Below, piece by piece: positions 40,491 through 50,237 of a stretch of 64,000 nt of DNA. The DNA comes from an uncultured virus (IMG/VR IMGVR_UViG_3300030106_006575) (lineage: Duplodnaviria > Heunggongvirae > Uroviricota > Caudoviricetes): IMG/VR virus record IMGVR_UViG_3300030106_006575; one strand, written 5' to 3'. The notes beneath the pieces are model-generated. The model had not been told where the DNA came from. It saw only the letters and a list, made by a program, of their open reading frames with translations, and did not search any database. The position numbers and the translations under genes were made by a program. Each line of letters starts with the position of its first letter. Within the stretch, counting starts at the first letter, position 1.

Positions 40491-40755
40491 GATTTATAAA
40501 AATGTTTCTTCCACGTCGGATTACAAAGTAAGAGAAGTTTATATTAATCCGAAACATGTTGTAGCGTTACGTGCAGATGAGCGACTAAATAAAATGCTAT
40601 CGGAAGGAAAGTTGCCAGACGATTTGGACGCTAGACAAAGTTTTACTAAGGTATATGTGGATAGAGGACAAACTGGAATTGATTTTACAGTTATTGGCAG
40701 TGTTGAGCACATAAAAGAGAAGCTAAACACTGGAAAACAATTGCTAAAAGGGTGA
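40474..40755 (+). CDS. Small protein, FlbD-like pattern
   Basis: MIRL...VYINPKHV..L; GGAG RBS. Confidence 0.55.
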   Translation: MIRLIEIYKNVSSTSDYKVREVYINPKHVVALRADERLNKMLSEGKLPDDLDARQSFTKVYVDRGQTGIDFTVIGSVEHIKEKLNTGKQLLKG

Positions 40756-40758
40756 TAT

Positions 40759-41196
40759 GTGAATGATCATCAAGAAGGCATTAGTGCAGTTCAAATATAT
40801 TTATTAGAAGAAATGGATGTTGATACGGTATTTGGTCCAGATGAACTTAGTGCTTATTGGCTAAATGGTGGAACTACAATATCGATTAACACTAAGCAAA
40901 ACAAGAGGTTACAGTTGTACTGTATTCTTCACGAAGCAGGGCACGCAATACTAAGATCGCAACCCGATTACGAAACCAACTTTCCGTATGGCGATAATAG
41001 AAAGAACAAGTCGATTGCTCGACGAATTGATGTGCTGAGAGAGGAAGTAATGGCTTGGGAAGAGGGAAGTAAGTTGGCTCAAGGGCTGGGGATAGAATTA
41101 GATTTTAAGCTTTGGCACAAGTTTTTAAAGAAAAACCTATTTGACTATGTGAGGTGGGCATATGACCCAGAAAGCTCTAACGCTGATTTCCGATAA
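40759..41196 (+). CDS. HExxH metallopeptidase-like (ImmA/IrrE-like)
   Basis: ILHEAGH, EEVMAW. Confidence 0.65.
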   Translation: MNDHQEGISAVQIYLLEEMDVDTVFGPDELSAYWLNGGTTISINTKQNKRLQLYCILHEAGHAILRSQPDYETNFPYGDNRKNKSIARRIDVLREEVMAWEEGSKLAQGLGIELDFKLWHKFLKKNLFDYVRWAYDPESSNADFR

Positions 41197-41539
41197 TCAT
41201 GCTATGGTAGTAGCATGTTTGTGCATGCTCGGTGGGCAAGTTTGTATATGGTTCGGTTCCAACGCCCAGTGTGTTTGGAAATGGTGGTCAGATAAGCCGC
41301 TGCTAACTGTTATACTCTTCGGTGTACCAGCGTCATTATTCTTTTGGCATGGCACTAAATATGCTTTTTCTGCAATGGATGAACTTTGGGGTCCGAGATT
41401 CCTCGGATTTGGCATGTCGTATGTGACTTTTCCAATTTTAACTTGGTGGTTGGCAAATGAAAGCATGTTTACGCCCAAAACAATGCTTTGTGCCTTTTTA
41501 TCCTTTACAATAGTGGGCATACAAATCTTCTGGAGATGA
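41162..41539 (+). CDS. Small multi-pass membrane protein
   Basis: About four hydrophobic helices. Confidence 0.6.
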   Translation: MTQKALTLISDNHAMVVACLCMLGGQVCIWFGSNAQCVWKWWSDKPLLTVILFGVPASLFFWHGTKYAFSAMDELWGPRFLGFGMSYVTFPILTWWLANESMFTPKTMLCAFLSFTIVGIQIFWR

Positions 41540-41540
41540 T

Positions 41541-41921
41541 ATGGAAAGAAAAACGAAACACTACATTGATAAGCCTTGGGGCTATGAAAGCATGTGGGCA
41601 CATACCGACAAGTACGTTGGAAAGATTTTATACATAAAGCCTGGTAATAAGCTATCTAGACAATACCATGAGAAGAAGGAAGAAACCATCTATGTCATGG
41701 ATGGAACATTAATTTTAGAAATAGGTCCGTGCGACCATTATGAAACAATGACCATACGCAGAACAGGCACCTATCATATTGAGCCAGGGACCATACATCG
41801 GTTTTGCGCCGAGCCAAATGGAATGCCAGTTACTTTAATGGAAGTTTCAACCCCAGAAATCGATGATGTTGTAAGATTACAGGATGATTACAATAGAGTT
41901 GGGGTTGACACCAAAAAATAG
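41541..41921 (+). CDS. Cupin (mannose-6-phosphate isomerase type II C-terminal-like)
   Basis: KPWG, LSRQYH..K.ET, IHRF, EVST...DDVVRL.DDY. Confidence 0.8.
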   Translation: MERKTKHYIDKPWGYESMWAHTDKYVGKILYIKPGNKLSRQYHEKKEETIYVMDGTLILEIGPCDHYETMTIRRTGTYHIEPGTIHRFCAEPNGMPVTLMEVSTPEIDDVVRLQDDYNRVGVDTKK

Positions 41922-41976
41922 GTGATTATATTTTAATATGGGCTTGGACAGCCCCAGTTAATAAGGAGAAACATAA

Positions 41977-42393
41977 ATGTCTTTAGTTAAGTACAACCCA
42001 AATATTCAACCACTTTTCAATCGGTTTGAGGATATTTTTGATATTTTTGATGCTTTCGATCCGATTTCCCGCCCGACACCTAGTCTTTCGGGACCAAAGA
42101 CCAATGTCGAGAACATTGACGGAAAGCACATCATATCGATTGCGACACCCGGTATTGATAAGGATGATTTGAAGGTGGATATTGGTGATGGACGTATATC
42201 CATTTCTTATGACCAGGAGTCAGGGGATGGATCGAATAGTTGGATTCAGAAATCTTTTGCCCGTTCTTGGAACTTGCCCAAGAATGTAAACATCGACGCC
42301 ATTTCAGCAGCGTATGATAATGGGGTTTTGAGGGTTACAGTGCCGAAGAACGAAGAAACAGTGCCCATTGCACGGCGCATTGAGATAGTTTAG
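41977..42393 (+). CDS. Small heat-shock protein Hsp20
   Basis: PG..K.DL.V, SF.RSW.LP, A.YDNGVL.V.VPK, IEI; sigma70-type promoter at 41905-41932. Confidence 0.9.
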   Translation: MSLVKYNPNIQPLFNRFEDIFDIFDAFDPISRPTPSLSGPKTNVENIDGKHIISIATPGIDKDDLKVDIGDGRISISYDQESGDGSNSWIQKSFARSWNLPKNVNIDAISAAYDNGVLRVTVPKNEETVPIARRIEIV

Positions 42394-42415
42394 TTTTCTC
42401 GCGCCATTTTTTTCT

Positions 42416-42450
42416 AAGGCACTCTCAAATCGGGGGTGCCTTTCTTTTTA
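42416..42450 (+). terminator. Intrinsic terminator
   Basis: AAGGCACTCTC...GGGGGTGCCTT plus T tract. Confidence 0.65.
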
Positions 42451-42484
42451 ACTCAAACTATTTACTAGTGCGGAGATTATATAA

Positions 42485-42955
42485 ATGAAACTTTTACTTG
42501 AAAATTGGAAAAAGTATTTGAACGAGGAAAAAGATTTAAGTTCTTTAGATTCTTGGCAGCACGAAGATGCTAAGGCTTATGCCAAGGAGTTAACGGAGAA
42601 GTACGGTGACCCCGATGCGGTCACAGACAACATGGTTTTATGGGAAGATAACAGAATATCCAAATTTAAAAAAGTTTATGTTTTGGATGAGTCTATTGCC
42701 CACGATTCCCCGTCACCGCACCGTGATTTCGTCTATTCAAGAATGGAAATAGATGTACCAGAAGACTTGATGGAGGCGATTGCCAAAGCTAGTGAAAGTA
42801 TTATTGTNNNNNNNNNNGATATTATCGCAAATGCCATAACATTGGGGTTTGTTCAAAAACTCGTAGACGGGAAAATAAAGCCCGAAGACTCAGAGGAAGA
42901 ATATAAAAAACACATTCTTGAGGGAATGGTGCCTAATTGGTTTAAGGAAGGATAG
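42485..42955 (+). CDS. Hypothetical protein with MKLLLENW leader
   Basis: Leader MKLLLENWKKYLNE; late-like motif at 42457; N gap at 42808-42817. Confidence 0.7.
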   Translation: MKLLLENWKKYLNEEKDLSSLDSWQHEDAKAYAKELTEKYGDPDAVTDNMVLWEDNRISKFKKVYVLDESIAHDSPSPHRDFVYSRMEIDVPEDLMEAIAKASESIIXXXXDIIANAITLGFVQKLVDGKIKPEDSEEEYKKHILEGMVPNWFKEG

Positions 42956-42957
42956 GA

Positions 42958-45672
42958 ATGGATTTTCAAACTATGGTTTCCACGTTCAAGCGAAGCGTGC
43001 TTGAAGAAGAGGAAAATAAACTAGACGAACTTAGTTCCGATGCGCGTGAGCGAGTTAGAAAGTATATGAGACAAGGTACGCCCGGTCGTCATACACCAAA
43101 ATACTCCTTTGCTCACCTTTTTAAAGACGTTCCCGGTAGGTGGGGCGACACCGGTCCTATGCGACTTGCCCTCCCAATGGATACGAGCATTAAGGCGAAA
43201 GGGACTCAACTATTTAAGCGCATAGTCGATCAAGGTTGGAAGCCACACTTCACGTTTAAGACTGTTACACAGAAGCGCCAAAGGTTGGCCGACGAAGGTG
43301 GAGGCGTGGAAGAGGTAGAAATAGAACTGCCAGTTCTTAATATGAAAAAGGAAAAGGAGTATGTTATTCCAAAAGGACCAAGGGCAGGTGAGAAAATCTT
43401 AAAAGCAGAAACCACTTCTTTGGGTAAGCTTGTTGCAAAGCTCGGATCAGAAGAGGACAAGAAATGGTGGCAAGAAAACCAAAATAGTCTTCGTGAAATG
43501 GATAACGTGCAAGATTACTTCCTAAGACCTTGGTTCGATGATTTCGCACAAGTTGAGGAAGAACCGCCTGTTATCGTTATTTCTCGTCACCCAATTGACG
43601 TTGCCCGTATGTCCGATTTTGGCTTAACCCGCTCCTGCCATTCCGAAGGTTCTTCGCATTTCGGATGCGCTATAGCAGAGTCGAAGGGGCACGGCATGGT
43701 TGCCTACCTTGTCAAAAGAGAGGACTATGAAACTATAAAGGACAATCTGCAAGACGACGAAATATTTGGCGATAGGGATGTTGGGCAACAAGGTCCATCG
43801 CCCATTGCTCGTGTTCGCCTTCGCAAGCTATATAACGATGAAACGGGACAAGAGTTCGCCACGGTCGAAGATCGAGTTTATGGCAGGTCTGTTCCCGATT
43901 TTCTTCCCGCAGTTCGTAAATGGGCAAGGGAAAGCCAAAAAGATATGTGGCTAGGCGAAGACGGCAAGATCGATCCAGGCGCTCTTGGAAGTGGAGAGTG
44001 GATTATGGTCGGCGGCGAGTATCTGGACACCCAAATCGATGACCAGTTGATTGGTATGTTTGAGGATACTGAATGGGATCAGCAAGCTACGGATATTTGG
44101 AATGGTGCACAGTACGAGCACGAAGACTATTTTAGTGAAGGCGCAGAATCCATGTATGATGAAGCCGTTGCTAGAGTGGAGGCTATAGACACATCGGCGA
44201 ACCAACGAGCGCAGCACGGCTCTTATTATATATCTGTCGAAGAAGGCTGGGATGACATGCCGTTTTATGTTCAAGCGGGTTATTCCGCTGAATGGCGCTT
44301 TCCTATACCTCACGATTGGTTTGGGTCCACCGGACACGGCAGGTCTTCCGTACCGGAGTATAATGACAGTTGGCAACTAAGAAGGGACTTTGAAGGGGTG
44401 CTTGACAGAGCCTTTGATAAAGCAAACGTATACCAGGGGTACAACGCCGAATGGGAGTATGGAGAAGAGGAAGATGAAATTGTTATTCGTTATCGCGAGG
44501 ACGCTGAAATCACCCAGTCAGGTGCGGATTCGATAGATGAGGTGGATAACTGGGTTGATTATTCGCTGGATGATACAGACGCTAAATGGCCGGCTATTAG
44601 ACTTGCTCTAAGGGCTTTGTTCATAACAGAAGAATACTTGCCACCCGGCACATATCAAAAAGCAGAAGAAGAATTGCCGGAGATGGAATTTAATAATCTG
44701 GAGGTCTTTTACGACGAGGACGAACCAGAGGAAGGCATTCAAATCAGGTTTAAAGAGGACTATCTTCCTATTGGATCTTATAAGAAAAACGACAAAACAG
44801 GGCGGAATATTGCTGGCGACTTTGCTAAGAGGATTCATTCTGGCGCTGTCAAAACCACAGTTAACGCTGCTGTCCGTGCTGCTTTCAAGCGACTTGCGAG
44901 GGCAGCAGAGAAAGCAGCCGCAAAACAGATGCAGTTTCAGTTTCCGCAAGCGCAAGCCGGCTTGTTTGGCACACCCGCTGACCCACGTTATCAGCGACCA
45001 GACCCCAAGATGCCCGAAATGCCATTGGATGAGTTTGCAGTATTCTATGGTATGATGGAAGACCCGGAAGGCAAAGACTATGTTAGCATCGGATTGCGAG
45101 GGCTGATTGAGATTGGCATTGAAATTGACGACCAAACTTATCAAGTTATTAAAACCTTTGTTGATTATCTGGACAAGAATATAAAAATACTGGAACAAGC
45201 AGCTAAGAAAGTTGCCGATAATGCCTATGAGTGGGCAAGTGCCCAGTTTAAACCAGAGGATTCTTATGAAACTATCTCTGGCACCGCTGTGGTGGAAGAT
45301 GCATTAAGGGAAGCAATCCGAAAAGCGCTCAAGAAGAGACTTATGAAAGAGCAAACTGGCTTTGAGACTCGGTTATTTCAAGTCAATCTTAAAATCCAAA
45401 TTGATCCAAATATGGGTGGAGGAATCGAGCAAAAGCTAAATCGTATTCGAGCGATTGAGGGCGTGACAGTTGTTGGACACGATGAGATTGATAAAAGGTC
45501 AGGAAGGTCTACTATCGAGGCAAGAATTAAGTTTCATCCTGAGTCAGATGCCTTGCGACCTGGCACATATGTGAGCCAAGTTCTCGTTCCAAACATCAAT
45601 AGTTCAAAGCAGGTTCCAGGCGTAAGAGTTATTGATATTGTCAAAGGCACATTGAAAAGATTGGACAAATGA
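42958..45672 (+). CDS. Large acidic hypothetical protein
   Basis: 904-aa ORF; N-terminal FKRSVLEE and internal LREAIRKAL..LMKE segments. Confidence 0.8.
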   Translation: MDFQTMVSTFKRSVLEEEENKLDELSSDARERVRKYMRQGTPGRHTPKYSFAHLFKDVPGRWGDTGPMRLALPMDTSIKAKGTQLFKRIVDQGWKPHFTFKTVTQKRQRLADEGGGVEEVEIELPVLNMKKEKEYVIPKGPRAGEKILKAETTSLGKLVAKLGSEEDKKWWQENQNSLREMDNVQDYFLRPWFDDFAQVEEEPPVIVISRHPIDVARMSDFGLTRSCHSEGSSHFGCAIAESKGHGMVAYLVKREDYETIKDNLQDDEIFGDRDVGQQGPSPIARVRLRKLYNDETGQEFATVEDRVYGRSVPDFLPAVRKWARESQKDMWLGEDGKIDPGALGSGEWIMVGGEYLDTQIDDQLIGMFEDTEWDQQATDIWNGAQYEHEDYFSEGAESMYDEAVARVEAIDTSANQRAQHGSYYISVEEGWDDMPFYVQAGYSAEWRFPIPHDWFGSTGHGRSSVPEYNDSWQLRRDFEGVLDRAFDKANVYQGYNAEWEYGEEEDEIVIRYREDAEITQSGADSIDEVDNWVDYSLDDTDAKWPAIRLALRALFITEEYLPPGTYQKAEEELPEMEFNNLEVFYDEDEPEEGIQIRFKEDYLPIGSYKKNDKTGRNIAGDFAKRIHSGAVKTTVNAAVRAAFKRLARAAEKAAAKQMQFQFPQAQAGLFGTPADPRYQRPDPKMPEMPLDEFAVFYGMMEDPEGKDYVSIGLRGLIEIGIEIDDQTYQVIKTFVDYLDKNIKILEQAAKKVADNAYEWASAQFKPEDSYETISGTAVVEDALREAIRKALKKRLMKEQTGFETRLFQVNLKIQIDPNMGGGIEQKLNRIRAIEGVTVVGHDEIDKRSGRSTIEARIKFHPESDALRPGTYVSQVLVPNINSSKQVPGVRVIDIVKGTLKRLDK

Positions 45673-46115
45673 AACTTTTATTGGAAAAGTGGAATACTTA
45701 TCTTCAGGAGGCTGAAGATATGAAAAGAGTTTCAAAGGCTGTTATGGTGGGAGATATTCCAGAGTATAATCAAGGAAAGATATTAATTCTAAGGCGAGCT
45801 GCAAGTTCAATAAATGATGAATCCCCTTGGGAATGGGATCTTCCAGGTGGACACGCCAAAGAAGACGAGTCCGATAAACAAGCTTTAAGCAGAGAAGTCA
45901 AAGAGGAGACAGGATTTGAACCATCAACAGTGCCCGGTTGGTTTTTGTTGGATAAAAGCACAAGATTCTTTTTATTGCGTGACTGGACAGGCAAGTTATC
46001 TTTAAGTGATGAACACGGTGACTATGAGTGGATATACCCAGATGAAGCCAAGAACTATAATCTAGGCAAGGTTTATCTTTCCGCTATTGACGCTGTATTT
46101 AACAAGGGAGCATAA
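45669..46115 (+). CDS. Nudix hydrolase with MKLLLEKW leader
   Basis: Nudix box PGG....ESDKQALSREVKEETG. Confidence 0.85.
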   Translation: MKLLLEKWNTYLQEAEDMKRVSKAVMVGDIPEYNQGKILILRRAASSINDESPWEWDLPGGHAKEDESDKQALSREVKEETGFEPSTVPGWFLLDKSTRFFLLRDWTGKLSLSDEHGDYEWIYPDEAKNYNLGKVYLSAIDAVFNKGA

Positions 46116-46116
46116 T

Positions 46117-46491
46117 ATGAAAATGAGTGAAAAGTTGAGGTTATCTAAGCCTCGGTTTATAGAATTTAGTAAAGTGCCTGGATTGCTTTCTAAAATTTCA
46201 CCCATCGATATTGGCGCAATCACGCTGGGACCGTTTGTGTTCTCGCGAGTGTCAATACCGGAAAAGACTAGGAATCACGAGACTATACACTGGCAACAAT
46301 ATATAGAAACTGGCATAATAGGTTTTTTATTGCTGTATGCGTTGTTCTGGCTCATTGGTTTTATAAAGTATAAAGACGGCGAGAAGGCTTATTATCAGAT
46401 ACCTTTTGAGCAAGAGGCTTATGAGAATGATGATAATAAATATTATTTGGTTGGTCGTCGAAGATGGTGTTGGAGGAAATATAAAATATGA
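46117..46491 (+). CDS. HExxH-containing small protein
   Basis: AITLGPF, NHETIH, Y..IPFEQEAY. Confidence 0.65.
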   Translation: MKMSEKLRLSKPRFIEFSKVPGLLSKISPIDIGAITLGPFVFSRVSIPEKTRNHETIHWQQYIETGIIGFLLLYALFWLIGFIKYKDGEKAYYQIPFEQEAYENDDNKYYLVGRRRWCWRKYKI

Positions 46492-47111
46492 AACTCCTAC
46501 TTGAAAATTGGCGTGAATACCTAAATGAAAAGCTTATGCTTAAACCCGGTCCTAATGGCTGGGATCTGTATGCACAGCTTGTTGCGGAGGCATATTTGGC
46601 AGCACCAAAGTTTGAACCAAGAGCAGCATCAAGTTTTGAAGCGTTTGTCCCATTCATCGAAAAAATGTTTAAAAGAATACAATCAAGAGTCAACGTGGAA
46701 TTTGTTGATTATCATCCGTATGAAAGCGCCCAAGAACTGAGACAAGATATTAGTGCAACCGGCACGATGAAAATTGCTACGATTGATGCAGAGCACGAAG
46801 TATTTGATGTAGTCACAAATGCTAAGTTTCGGGCAATCCACGATTATATGTCCCATGTACAGGCAATAGGCTCAAGAGGAACTGAGTTTACGCTTCGCGG
46901 GGAGATTGCAGCATACAACGCACACCTTAAAACAACGCCCAGCGCTGCGGTGCCAGCCCTATTCACAGAGGTTGTTGGGCAAGTGTGTGCTTATGTTGTT
47001 ACTGGAAAGTTTGCAGAACAAAAGATTTGCTTGCTTGATGGTTTTGACTATTATAATATCGGCGTTGTTGAAGGTTACGACATAATTAATAAGGAGCTTG
47101 TAAAGAAGTGA
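46488..47111 (+). CDS. Hypothetical protein with MKLLLENW leader
   Basis: Leader followed by FRAIHDYMSH...F..RGE..AY..H...TEVVGQ domain. Confidence 0.75.
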   Translation: MKLLLENWREYLNEKLMLKPGPNGWDLYAQLVAEAYLAAPKFEPRAASSFEAFVPFIEKMFKRIQSRVNVEFVDYHPYESAQELRQDISATGTMKIATIDAEHEVFDVVTNAKFRAIHDYMSHVQAIGSRGTEFTLRGEIAAYNAHLKTTPSAAVPALFTEVVGQVCAYVVTGKFAEQKICLLDGFDYYNIGVVEGYDIINKELVKK

Positions 47112-47476
47112 AACTCCTACTTGAAAATTGGCGGAAGTATTTGAAGGAAGGTGAATCACACCCGTCCGAATATATTGATTTTAAAAGGGGTGATTGCTCG
47201 CTCTTGGCTAATACAGTTGCGGATTTACTAAATTTACCGACTTATGGTGTTTTTGATAAAGATGGCAATATACATCATGTCTTTGCTTATGACCCCAACA
47301 CAGATGAGGCTATAGATTGTCGCGGAAGAATACCGGCTGAAGATGTAGTCCAAAACATTCGTGGAGATAATCTAACTTATCAAAAAGTAACACAACAAGA
47401 AATTGAAGATACATTTGGCACATATAGCGATGAAGAATATGAATATGCCGAAGAGGAGGCATACTCAATAATATGA
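47108..47476 (+). CDS. Hypothetical protein with MKLLLENW leader
   Basis: GTG start; GDC..LA, H.F, D.RG (possible Cys-His-Asp triad). Confidence 0.7.
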   Translation: MKLLLENWRKYLKEGESHPSEYIDFKRGDCSLLANTVADLLNLPTYGVFDKDGNIHHVFAYDPNTDEAIDCRGRIPAEDVVQNIRGDNLTYQKVTQQEIEDTFGTYSDEEYEYAEEEAYSII

Positions 47477-47814
47477 AACTCCTACTTGAAAATTGGCGAG
47501 AGTATTTAAAAGAATATAAGGAAAAACAGTTTTCGGAGTACGGAGACACTTTTCTAAAGTATATTTCTAAGATTAATCCTTACATTAATAATGGAGGTAT
47601 GTACTACCAGATGCACATTGGTGTTGACCCAGAACACCAAGGTCAGGGAGTTGCCGGAAAGATTATAATGCAATTTGCTGACGAATCTCCGTTTCCCTTG
47701 TTCTTTAATAAGCACAGAATAATAAACAAGAATTTAATAAAAGTTCTAGAATCTCTGCGCGAACAATATTCAGATAGGATAGAAAAGACAGACTATGGGT
47801 GGATGATAAGATGA
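47473..47814 (+). CDS. GNAT-like acetyltransferase with MKLLLENW leader
   Basis: IGVDPEHQGQGVA acetyl-CoA binding motif. Confidence 0.7.
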   Translation: MKLLLENWREYLKEYKEKQFSEYGDTFLKYISKINPYINNGGMYYQMHIGVDPEHQGQGVAGKIIMQFADESPFPLFFNKHRIINKNLIKVLESLREQYSDRIEKTDYGWMIR

Positions 47815-48446
47815 AACTCCTGTTTGAAAGCTTTAAATCATTCATAGCAGAGCAAGAGGTCGATCTGCCACAAATCTATTGTGATATGGATGGCGTACTG
47901 GTTGATTTCGAGCAGGGAGTTGTGAACCAGATTAATAAAGACTTGCAGATGATTCGTAAGATGCCGGACCAAAAGAACTTACTAAAGATTCAGAGAGCAC
48001 TTGAGGCTGTTGGGCGAGATGAAGTAATACTATCTGATATGCGAGGCAAGGGCGCGACATCCACGCCGGTACGAGATTATATGTATGGTCGAGTTGGTAA
48101 CAACGCAGACTTTTGGGCTAATCTGCCTTGGATGCCTGGAGGCAAAGAGCTATGGGCGTTTATATCGCCCTACAACCCCCATATACTGACTTCTCCGATG
48201 CAGAAGGGGTCAGAGATAGGCAAGGCGTTTTGGATCGATTCTAACCTAAGCCCTGCGCCCGATCAGGTATTTATGAGTCGCGACAAATATAACTGGGCTG
48301 TCGATGAAAATGGTAGTCCAAGTGTGCTTATCGACGACTGGTCGAAGAACACGGTTCCGTGGTCTAACTCAGGCGGCATAGCTATACAGCATATCGATGG
48401 TGATGTATCAGCAACCATCGCAACTCTTAAAAAACTTGGCTTTTAA
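47811..48446 (+). CDS. HAD 5'(3')-deoxyribonucleotidase-like with MKLLFESF leader
   Basis: DMDGVLVDF, FW.NLPWMP, ILTS, VLIDD, W..SGG. Confidence 0.85.
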   Translation: MKLLFESFKSFIAEQEVDLPQIYCDMDGVLVDFEQGVVNQINKDLQMIRKMPDQKNLLKIQRALEAVGRDEVILSDMRGKGATSTPVRDYMYGRVGNNADFWANLPWMPGGKELWAFISPYNPHILTSPMQKGSEIGKAFWIDSNLSPAPDQVFMSRDKYNWAVDENGSPSVLIDDWSKNTVPWSNSGGIAIQHIDGDVSATIATLKKLGF

Positions 48447-48513
48447 TTCTAAAAAGTTGTACTGACCGCCTTTTCTCCAAGGCACCCCTAGTTACTAATA
48501 GGGGGACAGTATA

Positions 48514-49224
48514 ATGATTTATATAATTTTGGGGATATTGTATGTTTTATTTGCATACGATAAGGAGCCATCTTTTGAAGTCTGCAATATAGATGGGACA
48601 GTAACCGAAGCACAAACAGTTGAATCAGCCAGTCGGCTAATCAATAACAGCAGGGAGGCTTCGGTTATGGTCTACTCTTATCGGGAGAGTGGAATAGCAA
48701 CCGGCTCAGGTGGCATCTTTAGATATGGCTCGGAGTTGATTGTTATAACGGCTGCACACACTATTGGCAGCGCGGATAATGTGGTGATGATCCAGGCTCA
48801 ACAGGAAAAATACTTCACGCCAGTGGTGTATTACGATGCACACGAGGACATCGCTGTCTTGAAGATGCCAGTGTATAGCGACTATATTGAATCTTTGCGT
48901 TTAAGGCCGTTAAAGAAAAAAGACTTAGAGATTGGTTTGGAAGTGACGTACTCTGGATACCCGAATGTGGGCTCCTTACTTACTATTCAAGGCTATATAG
49001 CTGGGCTACATTCGTCTGGGGATTTATATATGCACTCGTATGGCTGGTCAGGAGCATCAGGGTCTTCGGTGCTTGACAACAGAGGTCGGCTGGTCGGAAT
49101 CCTGATAGCATTGGATGTTGGTACAGGGATTTTGGGCGAACCAACCGTTATAGAGGATGTGGTGGTTGTAGTTCCGATATGGAAGTTGGATTTTGATGAA
49201 CTAGATAATGGTTTAAGCAAGTGA
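48514..49224 (+). CDS. Trypsin-like serine protease with N-terminal anchor
   Basis: ITAAH, DIAVL, GYP, GASGS. Confidence 0.85.
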   Translation: MIYIILGILYVLFAYDKEPSFEVCNIDGTVTEAQTVESASRLINNSREASVMVYSYRESGIATGSGGIFRYGSELIVITAAHTIGSADNVVMIQAQQEKYFTPVVYYDAHEDIAVLKMPVYSDYIESLRLRPLKKKDLEIGLEVTYSGYPNVGSLLTIQGYIAGLHSSGDLYMHSYGWSGASGSSVLDNRGRLVGILIALDVGTGILGEPTVIEDVVVVVPIWKLDFDELDNGLSK

Positions 49225-49276
49225 TTGACATATTATTTTAAATATGATACACTATTTATTATAAGAGGATAAAGTT

Positions 49277-49483
49277 ATGGATGAGTTCGTGGATGAGTTA
49301 AAACAAATTATAAAAAACCTGTCTGCCGAGATCGTTTCTTTGAGAGAAGAAAACGAATCACTTTGGCTGATGCTTGATGAGATAAAAGAATCGGACAAGG
49401 TGCTCAATAAGACTATCAATGAGTACGATCAAGAAAAGTTGATTGAACTTTTATTAAAACAAAAGCCAGTCGGTGACGCATAG
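49277..49483 (+). CDS. Small coiled-coil protein
   Basis: GAGG RBS; both sigma70-like (49225) and late-like (49251) motifs upstream. Confidence 0.6.
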   Translation: MDEFVDELKQIIKNLSAEIVSLREENESLWLMLDEIKESDKVLNKTINEYDQEKLIELLLKQKPVGDA

Positions 49484-49493
49484 AGGCTCCATT

Positions 49494-50237
49494 ATGAACA
49501 GAATTTATGTATTTGACATTGATGGTACTCTTACACCTGCACGCCAACGGATGACAGATGAGTTTGCAAGCTTCTTTCTGGAATTTAGCAAAGAGAATGG
49601 TGTTTATTTGGTGACGGGCAGTGACTACGATAAGGTGATTGAGCAGGTTCCTGCCGACATATTATCGATAGTTAAAGGAGTTTTTACCTGTTCGGGAAAC
49701 CAATACTGGGAACATGATTGTTTAATACACGAAAATGCATTTAGCGCTCCCGAAAAACTACTTAGTTATTTGAATGATAGAATTGAATATTCGGCATATC
49801 ATACCAAAACGGGCAGACACATTGAGGTCCGCCCCGGTATGATTAATTTTAGTACAGTTGGAAGGAACTGTACAATAGAGCAAAGAAAACAATATTACTA
49901 TTGGGACAGACAAGTAGGAGAAAGAAAACACATGAGGGACAGAATTAAATATATGTTTCCAGAACTGGATTGCGTAATCGGCGGCGAGATAAGCGTTGAT
50001 ATTTATCCAATGGGCTGCGATAAATCTCAAGCAATTTTATTTATTAAAGATAATAATAAAGGTTGTCCGATTTCATTTTTTGGTGACAAGCTGGCCCGTG
50101 GTGGCAATGATTATTCTGTTTTATCAGCTTTGAATGGGGAAGATCGCGAACCATATGATACAGCCAAGAATGTAGATTGCTGGCGCGATACAATGAGAAA
50201 TTTACAGGAGTTTCAAGAAAATGTCCGAGCAAGATGA
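49494..50237 (+). CDS. Phosphomannomutase, HAD-IIB (eukaryote-type PMM family)
   Basis: FDIDGTLTPAR, VTGSD, IE.R.GMINFS.VGR, GGEISVDIYP.G.DK, FFGD...GGND. Confidence 0.85.
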   Translation: MNRIYVFDIDGTLTPARQRMTDEFASFFLEFSKENGVYLVTGSDYDKVIEQVPADILSIVKGVFTCSGNQYWEHDCLIHENAFSAPEKLLSYLNDRIEYSAYHTKTGRHIEVRPGMINFSTVGRNCTIEQRKQYYYWDRQVGERKHMRDRIKYMFPELDCVIGGEISVDIYPMGCDKSQAILFIKDNNKGCPISFFGDKLARGGNDYSVLSALNGEDREPYDTAKNVDCWRDTMRNLQEFQENVRAR

